This document shows positions 1 to 13,320 of a DNA stretch of 64,000 nt, piece after piece. Source of the stretch: Eledone cirrhosa (lineage: Eukaryota); contig OZ024741.1 in the NCBI GenBank assembly GCA_964016885.1, positions 215,884,001-215,948,000 of the forward strand, read 5' to 3'. The notes beneath the pieces were generated by a model. That model was not told where the DNA came from. It saw only the letters and a list, made by a program, of their open reading frames with translations, and did no database searches. Made by a program: the position numbers and the translations under genes. Position 1 is the stretch's first letter; every line of letters begins with the position of its first letter.

Positions 1-526
1 TCAAAAGTAGAGTTGAGATGGAGGGTCTGTGGTTTTTCTCACATCTGGTTGGTCTCTGAATGTTACTTGTTTTATATGGAAAAAGTGGCTCGGAATGCCA
101 GGTTTTTCGAGAAGTAATTTGATTGGTTGGTCAATAATTATAATAAATTTCGCGCCAGTTCGCGTTACAAAGTTCTTCAAACAAGGGGGGGGGGGTGTGT
201 CACAGGTTTGTTTTTTCATATATGAGTGTTTGAATTTCTTTTTACTTGATAAAAGGGGCTCGCGAAGGCTTTTTTTTAATAAACGTAATTTGATTGGTTA
301 TAAATGAAATTATGGCTGTCACGTGAACAAGTTTTCATTAAATTTCGCGCCCTTATTTGGAAATCCATTCTGTAGTCTTTTTAGAGAATTTTATGACAAG
401 CAAAAGATAATGGTCAAGAGAAATATGATGGGAGACTTGTTCTGGTTCAGTGAATATGGTTAGTTCGCTGGGGTGTCAGAATTCAGATTTTCTATTGAAT
501 AAAGAAAGTAAAGATATGTATGTTTA

Positions 527-597
<71 letters not shown>

Positions 598-1073
598 TGG
601 AAGATGATTCCATTAGTAGAAATGGGGGAGGGAGTTGTGTGTGTGTGTATGGGTGTTATGTGTGTGTGTGGGAGTATGTTAAGATGGAGAGAATATATAT
701 TTTGTGTGTGTGTATATATGTGTGTAGGAAAGTGATTCTATTAGTAGAAATGGGGGAGGGAGTTGTGTATGTGGGTGTGGGTGTTGTTATGTGTGTGTAT
801 GGGTGTTATGTGTGTGGGAGTATGGTTAGCATGTTAAGATAAAGAGAATATATATATATTGTGTGTGTGTAGGAAAATGATTCCTTTAGTAGGAATATTT
901 TTGAATGAACATATTTTCCTTACTTATTCGTATTTCTTCTGTTTATTGTCAGTGCAAACGTATGTTAAGGTTTATTTAGTTCGGGTTTTTATTTTCTAAA
1001 GAAGAAGGTGTTATGTGTGTGTGTATGTGTCTGCTTGGATGGTTAGCATGTTATGGTGTTGACATAATGTATA

Positions 1074-1589
1074 TTAAACCATATTTAATGCTGGTCTATA
1101 TTTTTGAATAAACATATTTTCCTTATTTATTCGTATTTGTTCTGTTGTATTGTTAGCGCAAAGGTAAAATGGGAAGACTTGGAATTTGGGTGTCTTATTA
1201 CTTGCGCAAATGTCTAGATATGCGCTTATTGGTATCTGTCTCGTGGTTGGATCTCGTAATTGTTGGCGATGAACTGTCATTCTGTTTCTGAGTGTGAGTT
1301 TAGTTTGTCCTATATAATCTTCATTGCATCCTTTACATTTAATGGCATAAACTAGATTTTTTGATGAGCAAGTGAAGTGATTTTTTATAGTAAAATTTTG
1401 TCCTGATTTAAATGTATACGTGTTGCCTTCAATGAGGTGAGTGCAGGTTCCACAATTAGAGCGACCACATTTTTTTACTCTTGGTTGTGGGTTTGTGGTA
1501 GGTAATTTGGCATTGGTGAGTAATGTTTTCAGTGATTTCGGTTGTCTTTTGCTTTTGATTATTTTGTGTGTTTCAAGGGCTTTTTTCAT
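1074..1589 (-). pseudogene. PLE GIY-YIG endonuclease with Cys-rich linker, separated from the RT by a stop/frameshift
   Basis: CGRSNCGTC linker, NLVYAIKCKGC..YIGQT..LRNRMTVHR, C-terminal PALN. Confidence 0.9.
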
Positions 1590-1694
1590 TCATGGGTTTT
1601 GTTTTAGTAGTGGGATGTTCTTGTGAATAGTGTTGTAATCTTCCGCATTTCTTGGGTTGTGTGTTGAGATATATGATAGAATATTGGACGTACC

Positions 1695-2560
1695 TTAAAT
1701 TTGTTTCTGTTTTCGTAATTCATCAATGCCTATTGCTTTAGCCCTTTCTATTCCATTATTTATTAGTAATAGTGGGTACTCTCTCTCGAGTAGAATTTCC
1801 TTTAATTCTTGAAGTCTTTTATTTCGCATTTCATAATTGGAGACAATTGTGCAAATTCTTCTTGCTAGGTTAAAAGGAATGTTCGTCTTCGTGTGCTTTG
1901 GATGGTTGGAGGTGAATAGCAGGTATTGTTTGGAATCTGTTGGTTTGTAGTGTATGTCAGTTTCGATATTTGTGTCTTTTTTTAAGATTAAGATGTCCAG
2001 AAATGGGAATTGATCTTGGTTGTATTCCATTGTGAATTGGATGTGGTTATTGATGCCGTTTATTAAGTTTTTGAAATCCTTCAGTTGGTCGAGTGTGTGG
2101 GACAAAAGAATGAGACAATCATCCAAGTAGCGTTTCCAATTCTCTGATAAATATTTGTGCAAGTTCAATCCGTATTTTGATTTGGACTGTCCATATGTCT
2201 GGACTTCTAAGTATGCCATGACTAAGTTGGCATAAGTTGGAGCGGCTTTTGTACCCATCGCAGTCCCCGATATTTGCTTGTAAGTACTGCCATCGAAATC
2301 AAAAAAGTTGTTCTGTAAGATGAATTTTAATCCCTCGGTGATGAAGCTTTTTTTTATTCTGTCAGGTATCTCATTGGGATATTTCTCTAGCCAGAATCCT
2401 ATTGCTTCTAGTCCGTATTGGTGTGGGATCGTTGTGTAGAGATTCACTACATCGAAAGACACTATAATAGTGTCGTTGTTGACATGTTTGGGGAGGTGGT
2501 TTAAGAGGTCCAGATCGTCTCTTACAAGGCTTGGTATGTGTATTAGAATTGGTTTTACTA
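1695..2560 (-). pseudogene. PLE reverse transcriptase, truncated and disrupted
   Basis: Motifs SFDVVNLYTTIP, QISGTAMGTKAAPTYANL, WKRYLDD, FPFLDILI, YKPTDSKQYL, SNHPKH; the N-terminus of the listed ORF is microsatellite. Confidence 0.92.
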
Positions 2561-2561
2561 G

Positions 2562-2606
<45 letters not shown>

Positions 2607-2944
2607 ATACATACACACACACAAACACACGCACACGTATATATATATATGTGAATAAATGCATATATATATACCACCTCTGCAACACCCACCCTCTCCA
2701 CATCGCCTTCCTTACACCCTCACTTGCCTGCACTCCCCACACATCCTAAAGCAATAACAACAGCTATAACAATACATCTAAGTAAAATGCTCAGTCACGT
2801 ACAGCTTAATTGATGAGCAGGCAGTTCTGTTTTTCGAAAACCTAAGAGACCCTTCCATGTACATAACACAGGGCCAACAACACAACATCCATAATGGTTT
2901 CTGATTTTATGACAAGGCAACAATTTTGATGGAGAGTAAAGACG

Positions 2945-3110
2945 ATTAAATCAACCCCAGGGCATTACTGGTACTTTATCTTTATCGACCCCGTAAGGAA
3001 GAAAGGCAAAGCTAACCTCGGTGGGACTAGATATCAAAATGTAAAGGGCCACAACTCTATGCCTCAAAGCATGAGGTGCGATGCACAACAACACTTCTCG
3101 GCATTCCATC
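2945..3110 (-). mobile_element. tRNA-derived SINE, diverged copy
   Basis: Reverse complement of the core ccgaggtt..ctttgccttt..ccttacggggtcgataa..aaagtaccagtaatg shared with 28985-29176. Confidence 0.7.
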
Positions 3111-3867
3111 GTTGATGGTATGATTCTTTTCTATAAGTTAGATCAACTTTTAACATGTATTCTTTATATTTGCAGAGAAAACTTATTAATATGACATCCA
3201 GTTATGGCAGATCTGAAGTTGTTAGCATTGTCTCTGATGAAGGTAAACTGTAAGGAAGAAACAGAATGTCGTTGAAAGTCGTAGATTGCTTGAGAGGTCG
3301 AGAAAAGGTGAAGATATAATTGCATACAGAATAAATGTTCAAAGACGTTGAAAATAGTGAAGATTGGAAAAGCGAGGTGACGCGAAGAGGTCAATGGAAA
3401 CTAAATTGTGTCATTGTTGGGGTTAATAACTTTTTAAAAACGACAGATCAATTCCTGCCGATTGTAATTCGATCCTGTCCTATATTTCTATGTCTTATAC
3501 TTTCCTCTTTCTTGTTCCCATTCAACTCACGTCAGGACGTTATTTCATACTCTTAATTTCTCGTCTATTTTATTGTATTATTATTTTACTACTTTATTAC
3601 TTTTTCCTTTCTGATGTTATTATTCTTGTTGATCTTGAGGTGAATTCAGAACAATACAGCAACAGACAGAAGCAGACAGAACCAGATTTAACCAGATATA
3701 ACCAAATAGAACGAGAGTAATTTTCAATACACCATAGTACGTCTTCAACATACACCAGGACATTAAAGATAAAGCATCATATCATCACTGTATATAGACT
3801 CAATACACATCAGAACATATATATGTAATCACATACATATATACATACACATGTGTCTGAACACACA

Positions 3868-3972
<105 letters not shown>

Positions 3973-3988
3973 ATATATATAATATATA

Positions 3989-4058
<70 letters not shown>

Positions 4059-4064
4059 ATCTAT

Positions 4065-4272
4065 AACGAAGGAAATGTGGTAAGGAACAAGATGGACCAT
4101 AACGCACCAAAGTACTCAATACTTAGAGTAGTAGAGTGGGTAATAAGAACGAGTAGGACCCCGACGGCTGAGCTCAAGCGGTTTCGACGGATAATTCTGG
4201 ACTAAAATCATTTTAGTCCAGAATTAGCCGTCGAAACGGCTTGAGCTCAGCCGTCGGGGTCCTACTCGTTCC

Positions 4273-4275
<3 letters not shown>
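4065..4275. mobile_element. Small fold-back element at a (TA)n tract (family with MVHLVPY tail)
   Basis: ~65-bp inverted arms centred near 4209 plus a ~80-bp one-sided tail; copies at 9585-9783, 41375-41541, 42746-42955; related pieces at 24363-24455 and 63847-63905. Confidence 0.8.
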
Positions 4276-4342
<67 letters not shown>

Positions 4343-5458
4343 AAAGTTAAACAAGATTCAATGAATACATCAAAGAATGAGTTTTACAATAGATTGGAAG
4401 CACTCATCAGTAAAAGGTTTTCCAGAGTTATTAATATTAATTCAAAATATTAACAAAATAGATATTCTTGTGATCAATTATATTTTATTATACATATTTC
4501 AGTACGTCCTCATCAGATAAATTAAGATGATGCATGACATACCCTGACATAGTAGATGGTTAAGATTCAGTCATGGTAGTGATTAACTTATGACAAAACT
4601 CAATATTTATACCCTAATATTGAGAACATGAGATAACATAATACAAACAATAGAGAGGGTGCGTGTAATAGAGCTTAAGTAATACATGGCATCAATATAA
4701 CAGTTATGAATTTTTTATTATTAAAAACTACAGAAGAAAGAGGAGGGAAAGGAAAGCATAGAGGAAGAAACAGCTGATGTGATAATATATTTAGTAGGTG
4801 GCTTGATAAAAACAGATGAAAGATGATTAAAGAGAGAGAGAAACAAAGGGGAGTAATTTATGTTCAAGTTTATATACAGATTTCCAAATATGCAAATTAA
4901 TATAGTTGGCGTTTAATTTTCAAAATATTTAATTTAAGTTATTTCAGAGTAATGAATAATATTTTAGGTTTTAAAAGTTAATAGGTATTTGTATTAATAT
5001 TATAATTATGTTTAATTTCTAAAATTCAAATTTTATGAAAACAAATTTAAAGGATTTACGTAACACGAGAAAGAAAATATATATATAATGCTTTTATATC
5101 TTCACAAAGATAATCTTTACCAAAATTATTTATAATATTGACAACAGTTTATATAATTTAATTTATAAAATAATTATAGTTATAATTATTAAAGAATTTA
5201 TTGTTAAATAGTTTGAGTGCCTAAAGTATCAACTGGCTTTATAACTAAACTTAAAGAAGTCCGAATTTTTAATTATATATATGCGCTGTTAAAAAAATAC
5301 AAAGATTATAGTTTATTTGTTTATAATTGAGTTGATACCTTTCAAATATATATAATATACTTAAGAAAATTAAATTCAGGAAAAACCGATATATAGGTCA
5401 CCAATACCTTAAAACTTTAAAAGAAAAAATCTCGGAAATAAAAAAAGTTAATAAAATA

Positions 5459-7380
5459 TTGGTAAAATCGGACAAAACAAATAATTTATATGGGATAAAT
5501 AAAGAAGAATATAATAATTTGATTTTAAAAGAACTAAGGACAAATTATAAAATAGCCCCGGCTGAACATCTTACAGACATCAATAATGATGCATATAAAT
5601 TAATTGTAAAGTTAGGAATTGAAGGAAGAACCGAGCCTCTTATACCTCTTATACCTTATACCTCTTATACCTAGATAGCCTCTTATACCTAGACAATTTT
5701 AAAGATCACAAAATAAATGTTGAGGAAGACCTGTCAGTTAGACTGTTTGCTCCATCCAAATCGGATATTGGAGTAATCAGTAAAAATATTATTGATAGAA
5801 TTCTACCTATTTTGAAATTGAGGTCTAAATTGAGCTTGTGGAAAGATATAAATGAAGTGATTGAATGGTATAAAGATATAGATGATAAGAAAAACCATAA
5901 ATTCATCCAGATGGACATAACAAACTATTACTCTTCCATTACGCCTAACCTACTAAATAAGGCTTTATCATACGCTTACAAACATACTTATCTAACTACG
6001 GATGAAATTGATATCATATTAACTGCTAGAAGAACTCTAATTAACTTCAACAATGAGTATTGGACCCGCTCAGATAGAAATAGAAACTTCGACATTACCA
6101 TGGGATCATCTGATTCAGCGCAAATCACGGATCTTCTGGGGATTTTCATCTTAAATATGATAAATAGAAAACTGCCGCAGATTACCGGTGGTTTATATAG
6201 GGACGATGTGTTATTTACGGTTGTTAAACACAACAATATAGAACTAAATAGGGTAAAGAAAAATATAATTGAATTCTTTAAAAATTATGACCTTAAACTA
6301 AAGGTAGAAAGTGGTACCAAAATAGTTAATTTCCTTAACGTTACCTTAACTTAAACTCTGGTTTTTATTACCCTTTCCATAAGCCCAATAAAAACTTAAA
6401 TTACGTTAGTTATTACTCTAATCACCCTAAATCTGTGAAAAAAAAATTGTAGATAGTGTACAAAAACGCATAAATAGAATATCTGCCAATAAATCAATAT
6501 TTGATGAAAATGCAGGATATTACAATGATGCGCTAAAAAAGGCAGGTTATAAAAATAATATAGAATATATAGACAATAATAATCCGAGTCTTAATCCTGA
6601 TAAAAATAATGGCATATATAAACGAAATTCTATAAATTCTAATAATTGTAATTCAAACACCAGTACTGTAAATAAATCGGGGAAAATAACCAGAACTAAA
6701 TCAGTTATATGCCCCCTCCCCCCGCTTCTGTAGCAGTAAGAACATCAATAGCTAATCTATTTTTAAAGCTTTAGATAGTCCATTCCCTAGTCAACATAAA
6801 TACCACTCCATATTTAATAGAAACACAATTAAACTGTCTTATTCTACAACTATGAATATGGCCCAAAACATCGCTAAAATAAACAGTATAATTCTAAACC
6901 AAAATCAACATAATGCTATTAATAATAGTGTTAATATAAATAATAATAAATCGAAATGTAATTGTGGAAATAAACCAGATTGCCCTCTGCAAAATGATTG
7001 TCTGGATAGAAATCTGGTGTATAAATGCACCGTAAAAACAAATAACAACACATACAACTACATAGGAGCAACTTCTTCGACATTTAAATCGAGATTTGCG
7101 AATCACAAATGCTCATTTTCGAATTTTAATAGGAAGTCTTCGACTTCTTTATCACAACTTATATGGTCATTAAAAAACAAAAATTTAAAATACTCGATCT
7201 TTTGGACGAAGCTTTGCAATAGTAAAATATATACCAACTCATCTATATCAACTAACTGCAAGCTCTGCACAAAGGAGACCCTATTAATAATGACTAATTA
7301 TGAAAACTTAATTAACAAAAAAAAGTGAATTATTCTCAAACTGCCTTCATAAAGCTTTGTCTACATTCCAAGCCTCGCAA
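5459..7380 (+). pseudogene. Frameshifted PLE RT + GIY-YIG endonuclease
   Basis: KSDKTNNLY, FIQMDITNYYSSI, FDITMGSSDSAQITDLLG, GLYRDD, VNFLNVT; CNC..CPL..CL..LVYKCTV..YIGAT..FKSRFANHK; split over several frames. Confidence 0.9.
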
Positions 7381-9300
7381 AAATTCAGGAAAAAACAGTA
7401 AACAATCAGGCCTGATTTTTGACGTCTCTTATCAACTGTTGGGCATAAAAAGTCATAACGGTTTATAATACTTTAATAATGCTTTATCTTCTAATCATTT
7501 ATGATAGAATTAATGTTAGAATGAAGGACACTCGTTTGATAACTTGTTTACTTGATAAATATATATATATACCTTATGATTTTTCGGATATTTATAATTT
7601 TGATTCAGATCTTTATTTATCTGTCTCTGTTTTAAATATATAGTTTGGATATTTAATTTGTAAATTTACTGATTATAATTGAACTGTGGATCATTCATGC
7701 GTTTGCATATTTTATATATTTTACTCATTTTCAGTATGTTTTGGGGGACTCAGAAAGTTAGCTTTGCATTTATTGTTTTATATATATCTAGGTATAAATA
7801 TAACAAACCATAATAGCCGACAAATATTGGTATATCTCTCCACTGAACTGGAGGTTAAACTACAATTATAGTGATTATAATTATTATTTTTTATTAAATG
7901 TATACCGTTTCATTAATACCTATAATAATATCTCTATATAGTTGTATAAGACCTTTATCTAGTGTAATAACATAATCGTAGTTACATTTATAAATACTTT
8001 AGACACTCAACTGACTATATATTGTTATAAGTGTTTGATATTCCCTGGAAGGTCGAACTTATATAATGATTTACTTAATATAATATAACTTAATTTAGCT
8101 TATTTCATTTTATTTTATTTTAATTAAATTTAGATTATTCAAATATTTAGCTCCTCTTTATATCACATTCGCTAAAATAGTTTAGATGTATATTTTGTAT
8201 ACTATATTAAAGCCCTATTGCATTTATAATATATTTTTAATATAGGGCATCTTTAAGTTTCGCAAACAATTCATTTTCTTGTATTTGCATATTTATTTTG
8301 TATCTAGCCTCTATCATTAGGACTCATATAGTTTTGACTTATATCTTTATAGTATATATCAACTAAATGAAAATAATTGATATAAAACATTAATTCTTTA
8401 GCAATATTCTTAACAACATTTTTTAACTATATATATTTTCGAACAATATTTTCAGTAACTTATTTACTATATTGCATTATTGCATTATTGTATTATATTA
8501 TATATATTTGAAAGGTATCACCTCAATTATAAACATATAATAAACTATAATCTTTGTATTTTTTTATCAACGCATATATATAATTAAAAATTCGGACTTC
8601 TTTAAGTTTAGTTATAAAACCGGTTGATACTTTAGGCACTCACACTATTTAACAATAAATTCTTTAATAATTATGAATATAATTATTTTATGAATTATAC
8701 TATATAAACTGTTGTCAATATTATAAATAATTTTGGTGAAGATTACCTTCGTGAGGATATATAAGCATTATATATATATTTTCTTTCTCGTGTTTCGTAA
8801 ATCCTTTAAATTTGTTTTCATAAAATTTGAATTTTAGAAATTAAACTTAATTATAATATTAATACAAATACCTATTAACTTTTAAAACCTAAAATATTAT
8901 TCATTACTCTGAAATAATTTAAATTAAATATTTTGAAAATTAACCGCCAACGATATTAATTTGGATATGGGTTGCATATATGTGTTGCATATATTACTCC
9001 CCTTTGTCTCTCTCTCTCTCTTTAATCATCTTTCATCTGTTTTTTCAAGCCACCTACTAAATATATTATCACATCAGCTGTTTCTTTCTCCGGTAGTTTT
9101 TAAAAATAAAAAAATTTACAACTGTTATATTGATGCCATGTATTTCTTAAGCTCTACTACACGCACCCTTTCTATTGTTTGTATTATGTTATCTCATGTT
9201 CTCAATATTAGGGTATATATACTGAGGTTTGTCATAAGTTAATCACTACCATGACTGAATCTTAACCATCTACTATGTCAGGGTATGTCATGCATCATCT

Positions 9301-9367
9301 TATTTTATCTGATGAGGACGTACTGTTGAATTTAACTCAGTACCTCTGAAATATGTATAATAAAATA
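9301..9367 (+). ncRNA. Type I hammerhead ribozyme in the lineage B terminus
   Basis: UAUUUUAU-CUGAUGA-stem II (GUACUG/CAGUAC)-GAAA-UAUGUA-UA-AUAAAAUA; 8-bp stem I. Confidence 0.85.
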
Positions 9368-9414
9368 TAATTGATCACAAGAATATCTATTTTGTTAATA
9401 TTTTGAATTAATAT

Positions 9415-9447
<33 letters not shown>

Positions 9448-9483
9448 ATATATATATATATATGTGTAAATATATATATATAC

Positions 9484-9514
<31 letters not shown>

Positions 9515-9548
9515 TATATACAGATTATATATATATATATGTATATAG

Positions 9549-9584
<36 letters not shown>

Positions 9585-9585
<1 letters not shown>

Positions 9586-9783
9586 ACAAAGGAATTGTGG
9601 TAAGGAACCAGATGGACCATAACGCACCAGAGTATTCAATACTTAGGGTAGTAGAGTGTGAAATAGGAAAAAGTATGACCCCTACGGCAGAGCTCAAGCC
9701 GTTTCGACAGCTATTTCAGTCCAGTCCAGAAATAGCCGTCGAAACGGCTTGAGCTCTGCCGTCGGGGTCATACTTTTTCCTAT
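9585..9783. mobile_element. Fold-back element, MVHLVPY-tail family
   Basis: Homologous to 4065-4275; flanked by (TA)n-like tracts. Confidence 0.8.
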
Positions 9784-9962
9784 ATATACATCTATATATA
9801 TATATGTATAGAATGATTAAGTATCGAGATAGAGAAAGAAGGAAAGATAGGCGATACATATATTTAGTTGCCAATAGTTTATGTGCTCAATACTCGTGCT
9901 TACAGGGTTAAATATTAGAAGCGTCAATATTTAGTGGGCGAGAAAAAATAAGCAGAGCGATT

Positions 9963-10375
9963 ATAGAAGAAATGAATACAAGGAGTTTAAAACCGTTAGA
10001 ACATGTTTATATAACAGTGCACCTACGTACGTTTCGCCCGGAATAGCTTTATCAAGGGCATGGAAAACAAAACAAATGATCAATACAGGACCCAGGAGGG
10101 ATTTGACGGTTAAATTAACATCAGACTTCATTCTTCCCCTACATGCATATGTTGTTATTATCGCATAATAACAACATATGCATGTAGGTGACGAATGTAG
10201 GTGAAGAATGAACTCTGATGTTAATTTAACCGTGAAATCCCTCCTGGGTCCTGTATTGATCATTTTTTTGTTTTCCATGCTCTTGATAAGTCCATTTCGG
10301 GTGAAACGTACGTATGCGCACTGTTATTTAAACATGTTCTAACGGTTTTAAATTCCTTGTATTCATTTCTTCTCT
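9963..10375. mobile_element. ~410-bp fold-back PLE-terminus remnant
   Basis: 9963-10160 is the inverted repeat of ~10175-10375; each arm carries a UUGAUAA-core HHR. Confidence 0.8.
10018..10060 (-). ncRNA. Minimal hammerhead with U3:A8 core
   Basis: UGCCC-UUGAUAA-A-GCU/GGC stem II-GAAA-CGUACG (palindrome)-UA-GGUGCA; weaker mirror copy at 10278-10320 (+). Confidence 0.7.
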
Positions 10376-10389
10376 ATATATATATATAA

Positions 10390-10449
<60 letters not shown>

Positions 10450-10531
10450 TTATATATATATATAGAGAAGAAATGAATACAAGGAATTTAAAACCGTTAG
10501 AACATGTTTAAATAACAGTGCGCATACGTAC

Positions 10532-10584
<53 letters not shown>

Positions 10585-10657
10585 TTATATATATATATAT
10601 ATATATACAGATTATATATATATATATATATATATACAGATTATATATATATATATA

Positions 10658-10723
<66 letters not shown>

Positions 10724-10797
10724 CTGTATATATATATATACATATATATACATATATATATATTTATATATATATATAGAGAGAAGAAATGAATAAC

Positions 10798-10853
<56 letters not shown>

Positions 10854-11057
10854 GTAAGAGCAAAAATCACGTGCGCTCTATCTCAAAATTATTTTTGAAA
10901 AGCATTAGAAATGCGCAACCGCTAAAAACTTAAAACTAAAACAGAATACTCACTAATACTTAGTACTAATTTATACTTATTCGTAATTAAACTATTTTTC
11001 ACTGGGACAATTTGTTAGCATTTTCTTTTCCTTTTTACTAATATATATATATATACA

Positions 11058-11114
<57 letters not shown>

Positions 11115-11119
<5 letters not shown>

Positions 11120-11547
11120 AAAGAATAGAGGTGTAACACACAAGTTATTATATATTGGTAAACGGAATAGAAAATGCTGACAAATTGTTCACAGTTGAAA
11201 AATGGTTTAATTAGGAATAAAAGAGTATTAGTGATTGTATGGGTTAGTATTCAGTTGTGGTTTTAAGTTTTTAAGTTTTTACCGGTTGCGCATTATTAAA
11301 TGCTTTTCAAAAATAATTTTGAGATAGAGTGTCCGTGCTGATCAGAGCAAACAGATCAGAGCAAACAGCACGGACACTCTATCTCAAAATTATTTTTGAA
11401 AAGCATTTAGAAATGTGCAACCCGTAAAAACTTAAAAACTTAAAACCACAACTGAATACTAACCCATACAATCACTAATACTCTTTTATTCCTAATTAAA
11501 CCATTTTTCAACCGTGAACAATTTGTCAGCATTTTCTATTCCGTTTA

Positions 11548-11552
<5 letters not shown>
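11115..11552. mobile_element. Fold-back PLE-terminus remnant with one-sided tail
   Basis: 11155-11340 is inverted relative to 11365-11552; duplicated gatcagagcaaaca at the centre; sister copies at 10875-11040 and 11600-11732. Confidence 0.8.
11393..11429 (+). ncRNA. Hammerhead-like motif, UUGAAAA...GCAA variant
   Basis: UUU-UUGAAAA-GCAUU/AAUGU-GCAA-CCCG-UA-AAA; the same GCAA occurs at 10892-10927 (+) and 11277-11313 (-, with CCGG). Confidence 0.55.
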
Positions 11553-11603
<51 letters not shown>

Positions 11604-11725
11604 TAAACGGAATAGAAAATGCTGACAAATTGTTCACAGTTGAAAAATGGTTTAATTACTCTTTTATTCCTAATTAAACCATTTTTCAACTGTGAACAAT
11701 TTGTCAGCATTTTCTATTCCGTTTA

Positions 11726-11764
<39 letters not shown>

Positions 11765-11766
<2 letters not shown>

Positions 11767-12375
11767 TTTCTGAATTTGTTTAGCAAGATTCTTTATCTGA
11801 AAACGTGTGTTGAAACCGATATTGTTATACTTTGGGAGGGTCATGTTGCCAATAAGAAACACACGCACCAGTTCCTTTCACTTCAATTTATTATAATAAA
11901 TTTATAAATTTAGGAATTTATAAATTTCCGGTTGGTTGGTTCCACAACCAGATGATTGTTTATATATTGTCAAAGTTCTTTCGTCACACATTCTGTGACC
12001 TCTTCAGTGACTGCGGATTCTTTTCTTTGTTTTTGTGCCTCTCCTTTGTTCTGTCCTACGCCATCTTGTTTTTGTGTGTGTGTTGTGTGCTTAGTTTGCG
12101 CATGTGTTACATCCGGGTGTCTGTGTGTGTTTATATTCGTTTATTTATTTGTTTATTTGCATGTTACTGGTTGGTTGTTTGTTCTATGTGCGTGTGTGTT
12201 TTCATTTTGTCCTTAATTGATGGTGCTGTTCCATTCATGAATGGAATTGCTGTTCCATTCATGAATGGAACCGGAAATTTATAAATTCCTAAATTTATAA
12301 ATTTATTATAATAAATTGAAGTGAATACATCTGGTGCGTGTGTTTCTTATTGGCAACATGACCCTCCCAAAGTAT

Positions 12376-12383
<8 letters not shown>
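11765..12383. mobile_element. Fold-back remnant of the lineage D PLE (3' terminus)
   Basis: 11765-12240 matches 61340-61925 inverted; the short right arm ends at ccaaagtataacaatat. Confidence 0.85.
11968..12012 (-). ncRNA. Minimal hammerhead, lineage D
   Basis: AGUCA-CUGAAGA-G-GUCACA/UGUGAC-GAAA-GAAC-UU-UGAC. Confidence 0.78.
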
Positions 12384-12407
<24 letters not shown>

Positions 12408-12690
12408 GGGAGATATGAGGTCCAATTCCTCATAACAACTGATGACACATTTTTCCTTTTTTTAAGGTTTTTTTCCCCTATTTTATAAGATATTTTGTAG
12501 CATCACGGTGCATGAGCACATCATTCTTTATATTAACTTTACATTCAATATAAAGAATGATGGGCTCATGCGCCGTGATGCTACAAAAATCTTATAAAAT
12601 AGGGGGAAACCCTTAAAAAAAGGAAAAAGGTTTCATCAATTGTTATGAGGAATTGGACCCCATATCTCCCAGATACCGGTTTAGCGCTTA
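12408..12690. repeat. ~260-bp imperfect fold-back element
   Basis: 12408-12535 is inverted relative to 12548-12670; related single arms at 19655-19770 and 24118-24270. Confidence 0.7.
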
Positions 12691-13000
12691 TCTATATATC
12701 TAGAGAATTTATGTCTGTCTGTTGTGTCCCCCTAAAACTTGAGAACCACCCAACCAATTTTTTTCGAGCGTTACACATGTAATACTTATGGTCGTGTGAG
12801 TGTTTTGAGCAAACATTTTCAAATTTTCACTGCACTATGGACAGCATTAGGCGCCGGTTAGCGATCTCAAACTCTCTTTCTTAGTCTGTCTTTTTAGATA
12901 GATACATGGCTATAACGTCGCGCCCTTATAATATCTGTCTGTATGTCTAGCTGTCTGGATTACGACATTATGAAAACATTGACTTCGCTATCTGTGTGTG
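12690..13000 (+). mobile_element. 5' part of a non-autonomous Helitron-like element
   Basis: Begins TCTATAT; reverse complement of segments in 20400-20660 and 49050-49270, which belong to elements ending in hairpin+CTAG. Confidence 0.55.
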
Positions 13001-13024
13001 TATGTATGTATGTATATATATATA

Positions 13025-13055
<31 letters not shown>

Positions 13056-13108
13056 GTGTGTAACGTTTTTCGAAATATTTATTTCTGCGTTCATAGATTG
13101 ATTTTTAT

Positions 13109-13159
13109 AGTTTCAGAAGATCCTGTTAAGGGTGAAAGCAGCGATTCTTTGCTTTAACT
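13109..13159 (+). ncRNA. Hammerhead-like motif with CAGAAGA core
   Basis: AGUUU-CAGAAGA-UCCUGUUAAGGGU-GAAA-GCAG..UUGC-UU; same family as 62424-62474. Confidence 0.6.
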
Positions 13160-13258
13160 TTAATCTGTTATTTTAATATAGATATTTTCATGAAACTTTA
13201 CAAGCTCGTAGATTAGACAGCTTCCTGGAATAACATCAGAGGCTTCAACCCGGAATGA

Positions 13259-13320
<62 letters not shown>

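Larger units (their letters stand above)
1..2562 (-). mobile_element. Penelope-like retroelement (lineage A, Neptune-like), 5'-truncated; 3' UTR runs off the left window edge
   Basis: RT and GIY-YIG frames on the minus strand; 5' end abuts a (TA)n tract at ~2563; 1-470 matches 22200-22700 (+) and partly 63468-63508, i.e. the family's terminal repeat. Confidence 0.9.
4340..9416 (+). mobile_element. Penelope-like element (lineage B, GLYRDD type) with an inverted copy of its 3' UTR at the 5' side
   Basis: 4340-5360 is the reverse complement of ~8500-9416; degenerate RT/EN at 5400-7400; both ends lie in (TA)n. Confidence 0.88.
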
